A stretch of DNA of 64,000 nucleotides from Octopus sinensis (Eukaryota): assembly GCF_006345805.1 (NCBI RefSeq), contig NW_021830465.1:1137-65136 (forward strand), given 5' to 3'. Positions within the stretch are counted from its first letter, which is position 1; each line of letters begins with the position of its first letter. Both the position numbers and the translations under genes were made by a program. Under the pieces are notes generated by a model. That model saw nothing but the letters and a program-made list of their open reading frames with translations. It was not told the origin of the DNA and made no database searches. Shown piece after piece: positions 11,841-23,744 of this stretch.

Positions 11841-14468
11841 AAATAAGCAACTCTCTGTTTTCGATTTCTGGGTTCATAGGACTATGCTCAAGGTGGCTTC
11901 GTCATTCATACGTGCCATTCTTGCTACATTCACCCATCTTTTTTTAAAACATTCGCTAGACAAAACTTGCCTCTCTACTCTCACTTTCCTTTTCAAGTGG
12001 TACTTGAAGAAGTTGATGAGAGATTGACCAGAGAGGAAAGTGTTTGTCTCCAATCCTTTCAGACGCGTCCACCAGATACATTCTTTCGCCATAGCCACAA
12101 GGATGATGAAAATAGCTCTTCCTTCCCGTTTGAAGGAAGGAGGCGTGACAATATTGACGATAGACTCAGCTGAAACCGACTCGTCCCACACGTGACAGCA
12201 GTTGTTCGACATAAGCCCACAGGTCGGAAATTGTTGGACACTGAACGAGTGCGTGCAGAACGGTTTCGTCGCTCTGACCGCATCTCGGGCAGGTCGGCCC
12301 CGTGTTTCTCGAGCCGTGTCTGTAGAGCTTATCCCGAACGGGTAGCGCTTCTCGGTAGCACTGCCAGGCCAGGGATCTGGAAGTTGTCCATGGGCCCTGG
12401 CCCGAAAGTCGTCCCGAACAGGCGGGTCAGGTACTCCTCGTCGACGTCCAGGTTCGCCCCGAGCTCGTCGTCGTACCTCCCCTCCACTAAACCCTATATA
12501 GAATGCTTTGGTTGTGTTGAAGTCACTTAAGGTCGACCCAGGACGGCAGAGTTGCTTGAGAGCAACGCGACACTCGCGGTGCCATTCGCCCTTCTCGGCC
12601 TTTTTTGATCCACGACTGCAGTTCGGTCATGGAGACGAGCTGCGGAAAGCGTGCCTCACAAACGGCGACCACACCTGTTCACCGTCGTCTACATAGAGCC
12701 GGAGATGTCGCAGTCTCAGCGCGTGTCTGCGCATCATCAACCACGGCATGCCCAGCCCTCCTTTTAACGGGTGTTGACAGCAATGGATCGCCTGACCATC
12801 GGGACGCATCCTTTCCACAAGAAGCGAAAGAGGATGCGTTGTAGTTTGGTGATGGTAGGGTCGGGACAAGGTACGACGGTCAGGCGGTAGTAGAGATGAC
12901 GGACGCGATGTACGTGTTCGCCACCTCCGCTCGACCTTTTAGGGACAGTTTCCTCTCGGCCCATTGCCGGGCGAGAGTGACCACCCTACTCGTTATCTCG
13001 TTCCAGTTCTTCTCCACTTGGAGGTCCGGACCAAACCAGACCCCGAGCAACTCAACCGGGCCGTCGGTCCAGCGTCCCACGACGGAGGCGCTGGTGGACG
13101 GCATGGGCTTGCTTCTCCAGGTGCCTAGTCGCAAGCCCACTGACTTTTCCCGGTTGATTTTCGCTCCTGTCACCGCTTCGTAGTTTTTCAGTGTCTCACC
13201 GACCAGCTCGATGTGCTCGTGGCTTGACACTATGACGGTGACGTCGTCCGCGTATGCAGACACGCTCGTCCCGCATCCCAATTCTCGCGGGATGCCCCTT
13301 AGAGTCGCCAGCTTCCGCGCAGTAGTGGCTCAAGAGTCAATACGTATAGAAGCGCCGAGAGGGGGCATCCCTGACGGACCGAACGTGCAATGTCGAAAGG
13401 TCTCGATAGATGTCCATTTACGCGAATTACCGAACGGATGCCTCTGTACAAGGCAGCTATCCAGCCGCGGAAGACGGGACCGAAACCAGCCGCTCTCAGG
13501 ACTGCCCCCAAGTATCGATGGTCTACCCTATCAAAGGCTTTCGATTGATCCAAGTTGATCAGGGCCCCACCCATGCCAGGTTCGTTAACTACCCTGTCTA
13601 TGATGTAGCGCATCAGATGGAGGTTGTCATGGATGGTCCGGCCTGGCACGGCGCATGTTTGCGCCTTGTCGACCATTTTCTCGATGACAAGCGCCAACCT
13701 CTTGGCTAACACCTTGGCCAAAATTTTCAAGTCTGCATTAAGCAGAGTGATGGGCCTAAAGTTATCTATTACATTTCCCTTGTTTAGATCTTTCTTCAGC
13801 AGTGTACGGCTCCTCGCTCACAAAACCAGGAATGCTCCCGTTTTGCTGCCAGTTGCAGTACACCGCCGCCAAGAGATCTCCAAACAAGTCTGGCATACAA
13901 TTGTAAAGCTCGTAGGGCAGACCATCCAAACCCGGTGATTTGTCCCTCGAGCATTCTGCCATCGCTTCCCGCACTTCCGCCGCCGTGATGGCACCTTCGC
14001 AGCACCCTGCCTTTCTTGTCGAGAGTCGTGGTAGGCTATGTAGGTAGGCACTGAAGTCCACCCTACGTTCTTGCCCTCCACTCGTTCCGAACAGTCGGGC
14101 AAAATGTTGCTGAAAGGCCTCACACATTTTATTTGGCTCGAGCAATTCGCGCCCCTGTTCATCTACCAGTGACCGAATGGTGGCTTTGTTGCCCTGTTGC
14201 GCCTCTGCCACCCGGGCCTCTCTCGCGGCTCCAACACCTTCGTTCCTTAGAGCACGCATCCTAGCTCTGACAGCACATCCTTCGTGTTTGGCGTTGAAGT
14301 GTTGGTCGAGGGCCAACCTCGCCGCCAAAACGTCGGATGCGATGCCGCTTCTAATTGCCTCTTCTAGCTTCTTAACTAGCTCACCCTCTACTCTATTTCT
14401 ATCTATGGCTAGTGCTTTGCTGTACCTAATCGCTTCTGCTTTTACTGCTCTCTTGAGGGCAAACCACC
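11457..14468 (-). mobile_element. 5'-truncated L1/Tx1-clade non-LTR retrotransposon (RT plus C-terminal CCHC zinc knuckle, 3' UTR with AATAAA)
   Basis: KSPGLDGLP, FRPITLLNADLKILAK, LDQSKAFDRVDH, RQGCPLS, AYADD, KINREKS and CPRCGQSDETVLHALVQC motifs across overlapping ORFs. Stop at 11874. AATAAA at 11463-11468 (minus). GC-rich relative to flanks. Endonuclease domain absent. Confidence 0.95.
11874..14468 (-). pseudogene. ORF2 (reverse transcriptase) of the Tx1-like LINE, broken by 1-2 nt indels
   Basis: About 860 codons can be threaded through ORFs 13762-14604, 13299-13730, 12880-13281, 12764-12964, 12627-12869 and 11874-12212 with roughly ten frameshifts. Confidence 0.9.
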
Positions 14469-14502
<34 letters not shown>

Positions 14503-14631
14503 GGATGGATAGATATACATGCATACATATATTAGATAGATAGACATGTACAGAAGCACGTACAGACACCACAGATACACACGCACACAGAAACAAACAC
14601 ACACACATATATGAAAATAAGTGACAGAATG

Positions 14632-15198
14632 TCAAGTAGTAAAGCAGTATGACGGTTTCAAGCGGCCCTATTTAAATGAACAATGTAATCATTACACCAA
14701 TTTAAAAACAGCACTATCTTCAGCCGCACAATATATAGATTTTCAACAGACAAGGTGCATTAATATATTTTATTCTTAAATATTTTAACAGTTCAAGAGT
14801 ATGGAAGAATTTCATGTGGTCACTATTGCAGCAAGAATAGCTAAGAGAAGAATAAGCTAGAGTGTCATAGAATACAGTGGAGGTCATAGGGTTGTAATTC
14901 ATTTCCAATTTGTTTATCTTCTTATCGTCAACAGAAAATACAAGACTAGAAGACTACGTGTATTTAGAAGAAAGAGCAAAGCGAGTGAACATATTTAAAT
15001 GATACATTAGTTCAAATATATTGAAAATATACTTTGTTACTCGTTTATACAATTTGATATCAACAGTTATTATCCTAGTATATCTCCTATTCTCCTCAAC
15101 AAATCCTTGATTTTCGCTAAAGCTATCTCTCTCACAAATAAGGGAAAATATATATTATTCTTTTAGCTTGGAAAACTATCATAGAAATATACATATAC

Positions 15199-15229
<31 letters not shown>

Positions 15230-16622
15230 CATATATATACATATGGGTAAGGTAGAATTTTCTAATTCTTATGCTTTCCTAAAACTTGATTTCGAAACGT
15301 CCGTCCGTAGGTAACTTAAAATTGTATGATAGATTGCCGTCATTTCATTCTTTCTTACCTGTCTGTGTTTGCCTTTCAAGTACTGTGTTTTTACTGAGAT
15401 CTCCCTTTTAGTAGAAAGAATAGCTATAACTCTTTGACTGCTATTTCTAAATTCGGTGTGTGGTGAGGCAATTCGTTGCTAAACCCTTAATTGCTTAGTA
15501 TTACTTAAATTTTCCTCGAATGAGGCTTTTACATGCCGAAATCTACTTGGTGTAATTAATAATTATTCCAAATTAATTAATTTCACCCTTTATTGTTACT
15601 GATATATATACATATATATATACATATATATATAAAACCCTTTTTGTATATGTGTCTGTATGTAATATTTTTATACTATCAAACCTACATCTATCAGTAC
15701 ACACTTTTCATGGTTGTTAAATTTTTTCCTGTATACTTATATTTAATTATGTCTATCTATTATCATTTGTCTTATTATCCTGCTTCTGATTCCTAACTTT
15801 CACTCAATAGATAGTATGTATATTTCTTTACAGATAATTTCCATATGTAAGCGGTTTGCGTGGTCTTTATAGTAACCACCTTATAATTAATTAAGTAAAG
15901 ATGAGCTATTAAGTTGATTCTACATAATAGTAATCTTTCTAATGTTCAAATTGATCTATATATGCCTCTTAGCTAACTTGTTTATAATATGCCTTTCTAG
16001 AATTTTTTAACTTTTATTTTTATACAACATAATATTTGTTTATAAACGTCCTCCCACTGAGTCCCTAATGTTTCCCTGGATCTCAATGTAACATACTAAG
16101 TCTCATAGTGTATGCCCCTTTAACAGGTAACAACGACATGAATTAATGTCACCCCTACCCTACCTCTTTTATAGATATTTACTGCTATCTAATGGACTCT
16201 TTCTAAAGTTTTGTGTCTCTCTCTTGTAACAGTATGAAAATTACGACCAACAGCCAGCTATGAGCTGTCAACTCACTTTACTCTTTATTCTACATATAAG
16301 CAGTCGTCTAATCTTAAATTTTTTGTTGATGATAAGGAGATAGATAAATTGGAAATGAATTACAACAGTAGGACCCCACTGTGTTCTAAAAATTGTACTT
16401 TGTTCTTCTCTTAGAAATTCTTGCTGCAATAGTGACAACATGAAATTCTTTCATCCTCTTGCTCTGTTAAAATATTTAAGAAATATTATATTGATATATA
16501 TTGTATATTGAAAAGCCATATTCGTGCAGCTGAAGATAGCGCTTAATTTTAAACAGATGTAATGATTACGTTGTTCAATTAAATGCATCCGCTTGAAACG
16601 GCCGTACTGCTTTACTACTTGA
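14632..16622. mobile_element. Old Penelope-like insertion bounded by inverted ~355-bp repeats
   Basis: 14632-14990 is a diverged reverse complement of 16266-16622, and each arm carries a hammerhead motif. The interior (about 15600-16200, minus) has only weak GIY-YIG-like traces. Confidence 0.6.
16526..16610 (+). ncRNA. Type I minimal hammerhead ribozyme motif
   Basis: GCAG-CTGAAGA-tAGCG...CGCTt-GAAAC-GGCC-GTA-CTGC. Stem I is GCAG/CTGC, the stem III loop GGCC is palindromic, and the cleavage triplet is GUA. Confidence 0.7.
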
Positions 16623-16984
16623 TAACTTGTTATTTATTTCGATTTTATTCACCTCATCTCGAGCTGTGCGGATAAATCCGAACTGACTTGGTGCTTCGAC
16701 TTAAGGGCCTAATTTATCTGAATCTTAATTACGTATGTATATATATAGAGAGAGAGATGGAGAGAGAGAGAGAAAGAGAGGGAGGGAGAAAGATAATAAG
16801 AGAGAAATGCTGAAATTATTGCTAAGTAAAAAGGTAAAAGGAAAGAAGCCCTTCGGTCGTGAATGATCACAGGATTGCTCCTAGAAAGTTCCCCTCCAAG
16901 GCACAAGTCTGGGCAAGGTTTCTACGGAAGATCAACAGCAGTCGCCCATGTATACCAGCCTTCTCTCTCAACACCACCGATGTT

Positions 16985-17150
16985 ATTGAAGGAAAGACAA
17001 AGGGGCCAATACAGCACCAGGGACTCTGCAACTCATTCCTACAACTGACAGAACTGGAGCAACGTGAAATAAAGCATCTTGCTCAAGCGCACAACACACA
17101 ACCCGGTCTTGGTATGGAACTCACCACCTCATGACGGTGAGCCCAACGCT
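16985..17150 (-). mobile_element. Degenerate SINE family C (CORE-like) copy
   Basis: ctggagcaacgtgaaataaagcatcttgctcaag block shared with 48180-48210 and 50380-50415. Confidence 0.7.
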
Positions 17151-17430
17151 CAGGATACGCCTTCATTTGCTAGGCAGTCAGCTGATATTAAAAGAAGGGT
17201 TAAAGCGTTAAAACTGATATCGTTTTTCTGGCGTTCATTGAATATGGTTTGACTTGAGAAGAGAACCTAGACACAAAATTTATATGACAAGGGAATCTAC
17301 TTTATAACTGCTACTGTCAACATCCATTAGTAATGATTATTTATTTAGACACGGGTCAAGAAAATCATCGGGAGAATGGGATGGGATTATGGCATTAAAT
17401 GCGTCTTTGTTGGAACATTTGTGATTTACG

Positions 17431-18300
17431 TGAAGTCAATTTGGGGCTGTTCCTCTTTCCACAAAGAGGATAATTGTAACGAAGATGACAACGATGCTGC
17501 TGTTGATGCTGCCGATGATGGTGATGATGACGAAATGCTGATGACGACGGCGACGATGATGATAATAATGAGGATTATAATGATGATGGTGATGATGATG
17601 TTGAAAATAATTATGATGATGATGATGAAGATGATAACAATGGCGATGGTGATGATGACGATGATGACGACGATGATGATGACGATAATAAGGATTATAA
17701 TGATGATGGTGATGATGATGATGATGGCGATGAAGTCAATTGGTTTCGTTCCTCTTTCCACAAAAGATAATTGTAACCAAGACGACGGTGATGATGACGA
17801 CAACGATGCTGCTGCTGCTGCTGCAGCCGTTAATGATGATGATGTAGATGAAGATGATGGTGAGGATGATGATGATAATGATGACGATGATGAAGATGAT
17901 GATGGTGAAGATGAAAGCGATGGCGATGGTGATGATAACGACAACGATGATGATGACGACGACGACGACGATGATGATGATGTTGATGGTGAAGATGATA
18001 ACGATGGCGATGGTGATGATGACGACGATGATGATGACGACGACGATGATGATGTCGATAATGAGGATTATAATGATGACGAAAATGATGATGATGATGA
18101 TGATGATGATGATACCGATGAAGTCAATTGGGTTTGTTCCTCTTTCCACAAGGAGGTTAAACGTAACGAAGACGGCGATGATGATGACGCTTATGATGAC
18201 GACGACGACGACGACGATGATCATGATGATCATTGTCATGATGGTGGTGATGGTGGTAGTTGTGATAATGATGATGGTTATGATGATGACTTCGATAATG
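17431..18300 (+). repeat. Three-unit compound repeat: conserved ~58-bp core plus degenerate (GAT/GAC)n
   Basis: tgaagtcaatt(t)gg..ttcctctttccacaa core starts at 17431, 17731 and 18119. Confidence 0.85.
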
Positions 18301-18617
18301 TCTGCAATAAATGCACGTGATTTAGGCACGAGTCCAGCAACTTTGACTCGGAGTAGGTTGGTGAATGCAATCGAAACGTAGTATTAGTCTGGTACTTATT
18401 TTTTATCAGCCCCCCCCTGTCCCCATTGCCCTCTCACAGCCAAAAGGGATGACAGGCAAAGTTGACCTCGGGGAAATTTAAACCTGGTCAATAGTTTGCT
18501 TCTCATGGGCAAGTGTCTTCTACTATATGTGGGGGCCGTCGCAATCCTTTTCAGTGGATTTCATAGAAGGAAACTGAAAGAAACCCGTATTTTATAGGTG
18601 TGTATATACGTATATGA

Positions 18618-18663
<46 letters not shown>

Positions 18664-18664
18664 A

Positions 18665-19082
18665 TCTTATTTCTTGATTGCCCACAAGAGGCTAAACATA
18701 GAGGGGACAAACAAGGACAGACAACGGGATTAAGTCGATTACATATATCCCAGTGCATAACTGGTACTTAATTTATCGACCCCGAAAGGATGAAAGGCCG
18801 AGTCGACCTAGCCGAAATTTGAACTTACGACATGGTGGCAGACGAAATACCTATTTCTTTACTACTCACAAGGGGCTAAACAAAGAGAGGACAAAAAAGG
18901 GCAAACAAACGGATTAAGTCGATTATATCGACCCCAGTGCGTAACTGGTACTTATTTAATCGACCCCGAAAGAATGAAAGGCAAAGTCAACCTCGGCGGA
19001 ATTTGAACTCACAACGTAACGGCAGACGAAATACCGCGAAGCATTTCGCCCGGTGTGCTAACGTTTCTGCCAGCTCGCCGTC
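18665..19082 (-). mobile_element. SINE family A: full-length copy fused to a head-less second copy
   Basis: A-box gagctggcagaa and B-box gagttcaaattcc. Tail ...agtaaagaaata joins directly to the internal ggtatttcgtctg of the next monomer at about 18850. Confidence 0.9.
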
Positions 19083-19579
19083 TTAATAATAATAATGATA
19101 ATCGTTTTTACTAAAGGGATAAGGCCTAAAATTTCTGGTTAGGGGACTAATTGATTACATCGACCTCATGCTTCGCTGCTACTTAATTTAACCAGTATAA
19201 TAATATGAATTATAATCAAAGGGTATGTAACTTTTGATGAGGTAGGAATTACCTAACTATGCATTTGAAAACTGGAACTGGAGTACTCTGAAAAAGAAAC
19301 CTTCATGTTTCAACAGAGAAGAATGTGGCTGCGGCAAAGCATTATGGATTACAGAGGGCAAGACGAGCCTCGTGATCCACTGCATCTCTCTCCATTCAAG
19401 ATCACCTTGACTTCGTCTTGCCTCTAAGTTGATGATGGTCACGGACGTGAGAATACAGTTGATGGCGCATAACTCTCCATAATAAGCAAAATCACTGTAT
19501 AAGACATCAGTTATCCTTTACCCATGATGACTTGATCATCATCGTATTTCTGACTGATGAACATGAAATATAATTAATT

Positions 19580-19950
19580 TCCAGATAATGCAATCAGAGA
19601 ATTAGAATACAGCCGCATATGTACATACTACGGAATAGATGGAACTGATTAGATGCACCAGATGAAGAATGGAGGAGTAAAGTAAAGAAACCGTATAGTA
19701 GAATGTAGAATTGCGTGTTTAATGTGGAAAATTGAAATCCATGCTGGAAATATAATAGGTATCAATGCAGTAAATATCGCAGTTATAAAGTACAACTTCG
19801 GTGTAATAAATTGAAAGTTAAATGAATTGACGAGCTTAGAAAAGTAGAAATCTGTTCACCGAATTTGAAGTCAACCATTTTAAATGTTATATTGATTGGA
19901 TATATTGACTATGCGTAAGGGGAAAACAAAGTTTGAAAGCAATAGAAAAG
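19580..19950 (+). pseudogene. Highly decayed R4/Dong-type RT C-terminal fragment
   Basis: IREL...YYGI...MWKIEIHAGNIIGINAVNIAVIKYNFGVIN*KLNEL resembles the post-RT region of RLE-type LINEs. Confidence 0.55.
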
Positions 19951-20454
19951 TAATAATGGTGGGACCCAAACGAATATTCAGAAGAAAGTAAAGTGAAAAT
20001 AATTGGTGTAATCAGAAAACATTAAGGAAAACCAGGAAAAATGTGAAGAGATTTCCGAAGCCATCAAATCCGATGTATACAGTGTCCATATATTTGACTC
20101 AATGTGAGAATAGGTCTGATAAAAATGAGAAAACTACAACAAAATAACAAGTGTAGTACTTAGGAGAAATATCATATTTCAGGTATATAAAAATCAGTCG
20201 GGAAAAGGGAAATAACAAGAACGTTAGTGTTTATATGAAAGAACGATGAAAACATGCAACAGATGTAATAGTTATAGTAAGAAATAGCAGCTCCACATCT
20301 TAAAAGTTCGCGATTCTTTCTTAGACTTGGATATTGAATTCACATTTGCCTGTAGTTGGGATTAAACCAGAATTTTAAGCAACGTTGAATTACGACATAG
20401 CATTCCTTTCTGTGTGAACGGGATCTGTTCCTGATTAAATTTAGCGGGAGGAGG

Positions 20455-20628
20455 GAATGCTAAGACATGTCTCGACCTCTGCTCTGAGGCTTATGCATCT
20501 GTAGGTTTTTTGTAAAATGTTCCAAAATTTTCACTGATATTGAATGCTTAGACATGTCTCGACCTCTGCTCTGAGGCTTATGCATCTGTGGTGTTTTGTA
20601 AGATGTTCCAAAATTTTCACTGATATTG
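20455..20628. repeat. 87-bp tandem duplication
   Basis: gaatgct(a/t)agacatgtctcgacctctgctctgaggc... starts at 20455 and 20542. Confidence 0.92.
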
Positions 20629-20874
20629 ACATAAAGGCCACTCTTCTCTATTTTCACTGGGCCCTTAGCATATCTGAAAGCTTCTCTCTATAATACAAAT
20701 TCAGGAAAGCTGGCTACCTGGTTGTAATTCGACAGTCAATCCTCAGCGATATTGTTCTCTATCATTGTAGCGGCGGTGGTGCTGCTGGTGGCAGTGCTGG
20801 CGGTGTCACAGCATTCATTAGCGCTACTCTTGCTATTGCTGCTTCTGTTTCTTCTTCCTCCTTCTTCTTCTTCT

Positions 20875-21348
20875 AACCAAGACTCACGCCATTAGCCACA
20901 AAGAATAATCTCTAATTCGAGCCTACTCTAAGCTACTGAGAATGCGTGTGGCAACTTGAAGATCCATTCACCACACGCGATAGACTGGCGGTTGCATGGG
21001 CGCGAGAGCTACGTTGTTATCCTCATTCCGTAAACGGTGGCTTTTAAAGGGTGGAGAGCTGAACCATCCTGGGGTACAGAGGATTCGCAATCTAGACTAA
21101 GGTCTTAAAGTTTACAAGACCATAGTGGGTTACACCATGGCTCCTCTGTTTTTGTGGCAGAAGTAGGGAGGAAGAGTGAAAGAAAGTTGTGGTGAAAGAG
21201 CACAGCGGTGTTCACTCCCCCCCCCCACTGGTGTCTCGTGGAGCTTAGGTGCTTTTGCCCAATAAACACTCACAATGCCCGGTCTGGGAATCGAAACCAC
21301 GTTCTTACGACCGCGAGTTCGCTGCCCTAGCCTCTGGGCCATAGCGCC
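20875..21348 (-). mobile_element. Full-length tRNA-headed SINE, (GAA)n-tail subfamily
   Basis: Head ggcgctatggcccagaggctagg...ggtttcgattccc (A and B boxes), a shared core of about 180 bp, then a 3' tail identical in type to 1750-2037 and 59841-60140. Confidence 0.88.
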
Positions 21349-21639
21349 TTCTGCTGCTGCTGCTACCGTTGTGTTTTGTTGCTATTGTTATTTTTGCAGC
21401 TGTTGCTATTTTCGTCGCTGTTGGCTTATTTGGATTTATTATTAGTAATGTTGTAGTTAATGTGGTAGCTGTTGTTGTTGTTGTTGCATCTTGATCTTTT
21501 AAACGGAGTCTCAGAGGCGACGACCCAACATCCTGCACTCACTGATTCTCTCAGCGAAATGCTATACCTTGTAACACACGAAGGAGGAGAAACGAATATA
21601 TTTTCTCTAATGCGCACTTTAAATTTATACTTGCCATAA

Positions 21640-22110
21640 AGACGGAGAATTGGCGGGAAGTCGGCGAGCTAGCAGAAAGGCGACGCTCTGATAGACAAAC
21701 AGATGAGATGGCAGAATCGTTAACACGCCGGGCGAAATACTTAGCGCTATTTCGTCTTCTGAGTTCAAATTCCGCCGAGGTCGATTTTGCCTTTCATCCT
21801 TTCGAGGTCGATAAATTAAGTACCAGTTACGGACTGGAGTCGATATTATCGATTAATCTCTTTGTCTGATTTGTATGTCCCCTCTATGTTTAACCCCTTG
21901 TGAGCAATAAAGAAATAAGAATCGTTAACATACTGATCCGATCAAATGCATTGTAGTATTTCTTCCGGTTTTACTTTCTAATTTCGAATTCCGCCCAGGC
22001 TGGCTTTGCCTTTCGTTTTGGAGTCGATAAAATAAGTACTAGTATAGTACTTGTGTCGATGTCATTGACCAGCACCTTACTCGAGATTTCTAGCCGTTTG
22101 CCTATATTAG
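21640..22110 (+). mobile_element. SINE family A tandem copies
   Basis: Two to three head fragments, a full body ending aataaagaaata at about 21917, then a second degenerate monomer. Confidence 0.8.
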
Positions 22111-22399
22111 AAAACAGTTTGCACTTGACGTTTTAAATTTGATTAAAGGAAAAACTTACCCGAAGCTTTTGAAACGGTTATAAAAGGCCACCCCGCGGTT
22201 AAAAAGAAGAATTATAGCGGCAGATTTTTTAATGACTCGCAAAGACAATGCAAACAATTTCAAAGACCGAAATATGCAATAAACAGTTCCCTTTATTTGC
22301 TGTGAGGGCCCATTCAGTCATATGTAACGGTCATCGATATAAATGGAATAATAAAATGGCACTATTTTGGCTTTAAGGGTGTCGCGAAAGGCCTAGTTG

Positions 22400-22563
22400 A
22401 AAGTCCAACATTCTGTATTCATTTACAGAACTTAGAAAAACTGAAGGGCCGCTGCAATAAGTGTGTGAATTTAAGAGGGGAATGTGTTGAATAAAATAAT
22501 AGTTAACTGATCCTCCTGTATTTTCTGTTACCCAAATCCAGGAACTTCCCAGTACCATTCGTA
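22400..22563 (+). pseudogene. Mariner 3'-end remnant
   Basis: LEKLKGRCNKCVNLRGECVE* (22432-22494) resembles mariner C-termini. It is followed by a TIR-like gaacttcccagtaccattcg and TA. Confidence 0.5.
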
Positions 22564-22779
22564 TATATATAAAAGATTAAATCTCAAGAAAGGTTAAGGT
22601 TTGGTTTAGAAACAGAAACAACAATGCTAGGAGCGCTAAATATTGTTAAAGTATTGTTCCAAGGTTAAACAAATGAAGTAATTATTCCAACTTTTTTAAT
22701 GTATAGTTTCCAAGATATTCCTAATTCTTAGAGAGTTAAGGCAACTCTTTGCGTGTTTCTCAAACCATAAATTCTAAAG

Positions 22780-22815
<36 letters not shown>

Positions 22816-22833
22816 GTCGTAGTAGTAGTAGTT

Positions 22834-22898
<65 letters not shown>

Positions 22899-23744
22899 TG
22901 CAGCAGCAACATGATATTCTATTTGGAAAAATGCGCCAAGGACCCATTGAAAATAAGGAAAGGAAATAAGAATGATCCGGCTAGCGTCAAATATATAACC
23001 AAAATGCAGGTGTTTCACACGTACTTGAACTGAGCTAAATGCTAAATGCTAAACGCAAAGTAATAGTATGGATAGCCTAGCTATTCCAATAATGCTGTTA
23101 TTATGATAGCTAAACTTGAATTTAAATGAATTATTAGAGCTTCTTAGGTAAGTAAGGAGATTACTTGAATGCACAACCCAATAGCCGACATATAAAGATA
23201 ACATATAAACCACGAATAGTGGAAAGACTTGCACAAGTTGAAAATCGTTATAAAATATTTACGGGGGATTTCAAAATATCTGACATTAAGTAAAGAGAAA
23301 CTCATACAAACAAATGCAAAAGCATAATCAAAAAGAACAAACCTACTTTCAGTTTGAAAGTAGACAATAGAAGCAAAGCTATACTGACGTAAGAAAAGGT
23401 TATTTTAAAAAAAGAGAATTGATAATGGAGTAGCAGGACTGTATAGTTAACAAGTTCGCTTGCCAATCACACGCTTTCGAGTTTAGTCCTTTACTTCAAC
23501 ACCCTGAGCAAATGTCTTCTACTTTGATGAGGTTAACCTAACCTCTAATCGAATTTATACATATATATACCAGCCTGAAGAAAATTCTAACTGGGTCCCA
23601 CCTGTAAGCTCATGCGCTGTTTACCTTGATATGAGATCATTATGTTGCACACATATCGTTGGGATGCATGTGCCTGGTGTACCCTTATGAGATGGGTAGT
23701 CAAGATGGGTGTATTGGGCTCCATATATTTTATCCAAGTGTTAC

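Noticed and set aside
17431-18180. Repeat-spacer-like pattern as a CRISPR array
   Set aside because: Only three imperfect cores, spacers are hundreds of bp of trinucleotide repeat, the context is eukaryotic, and there are no cas genes.
19317-19446. Candidate exon with AG/GT boundaries
   Set aside because: All three plus-strand frames contain stops and I recognise no protein similarity.
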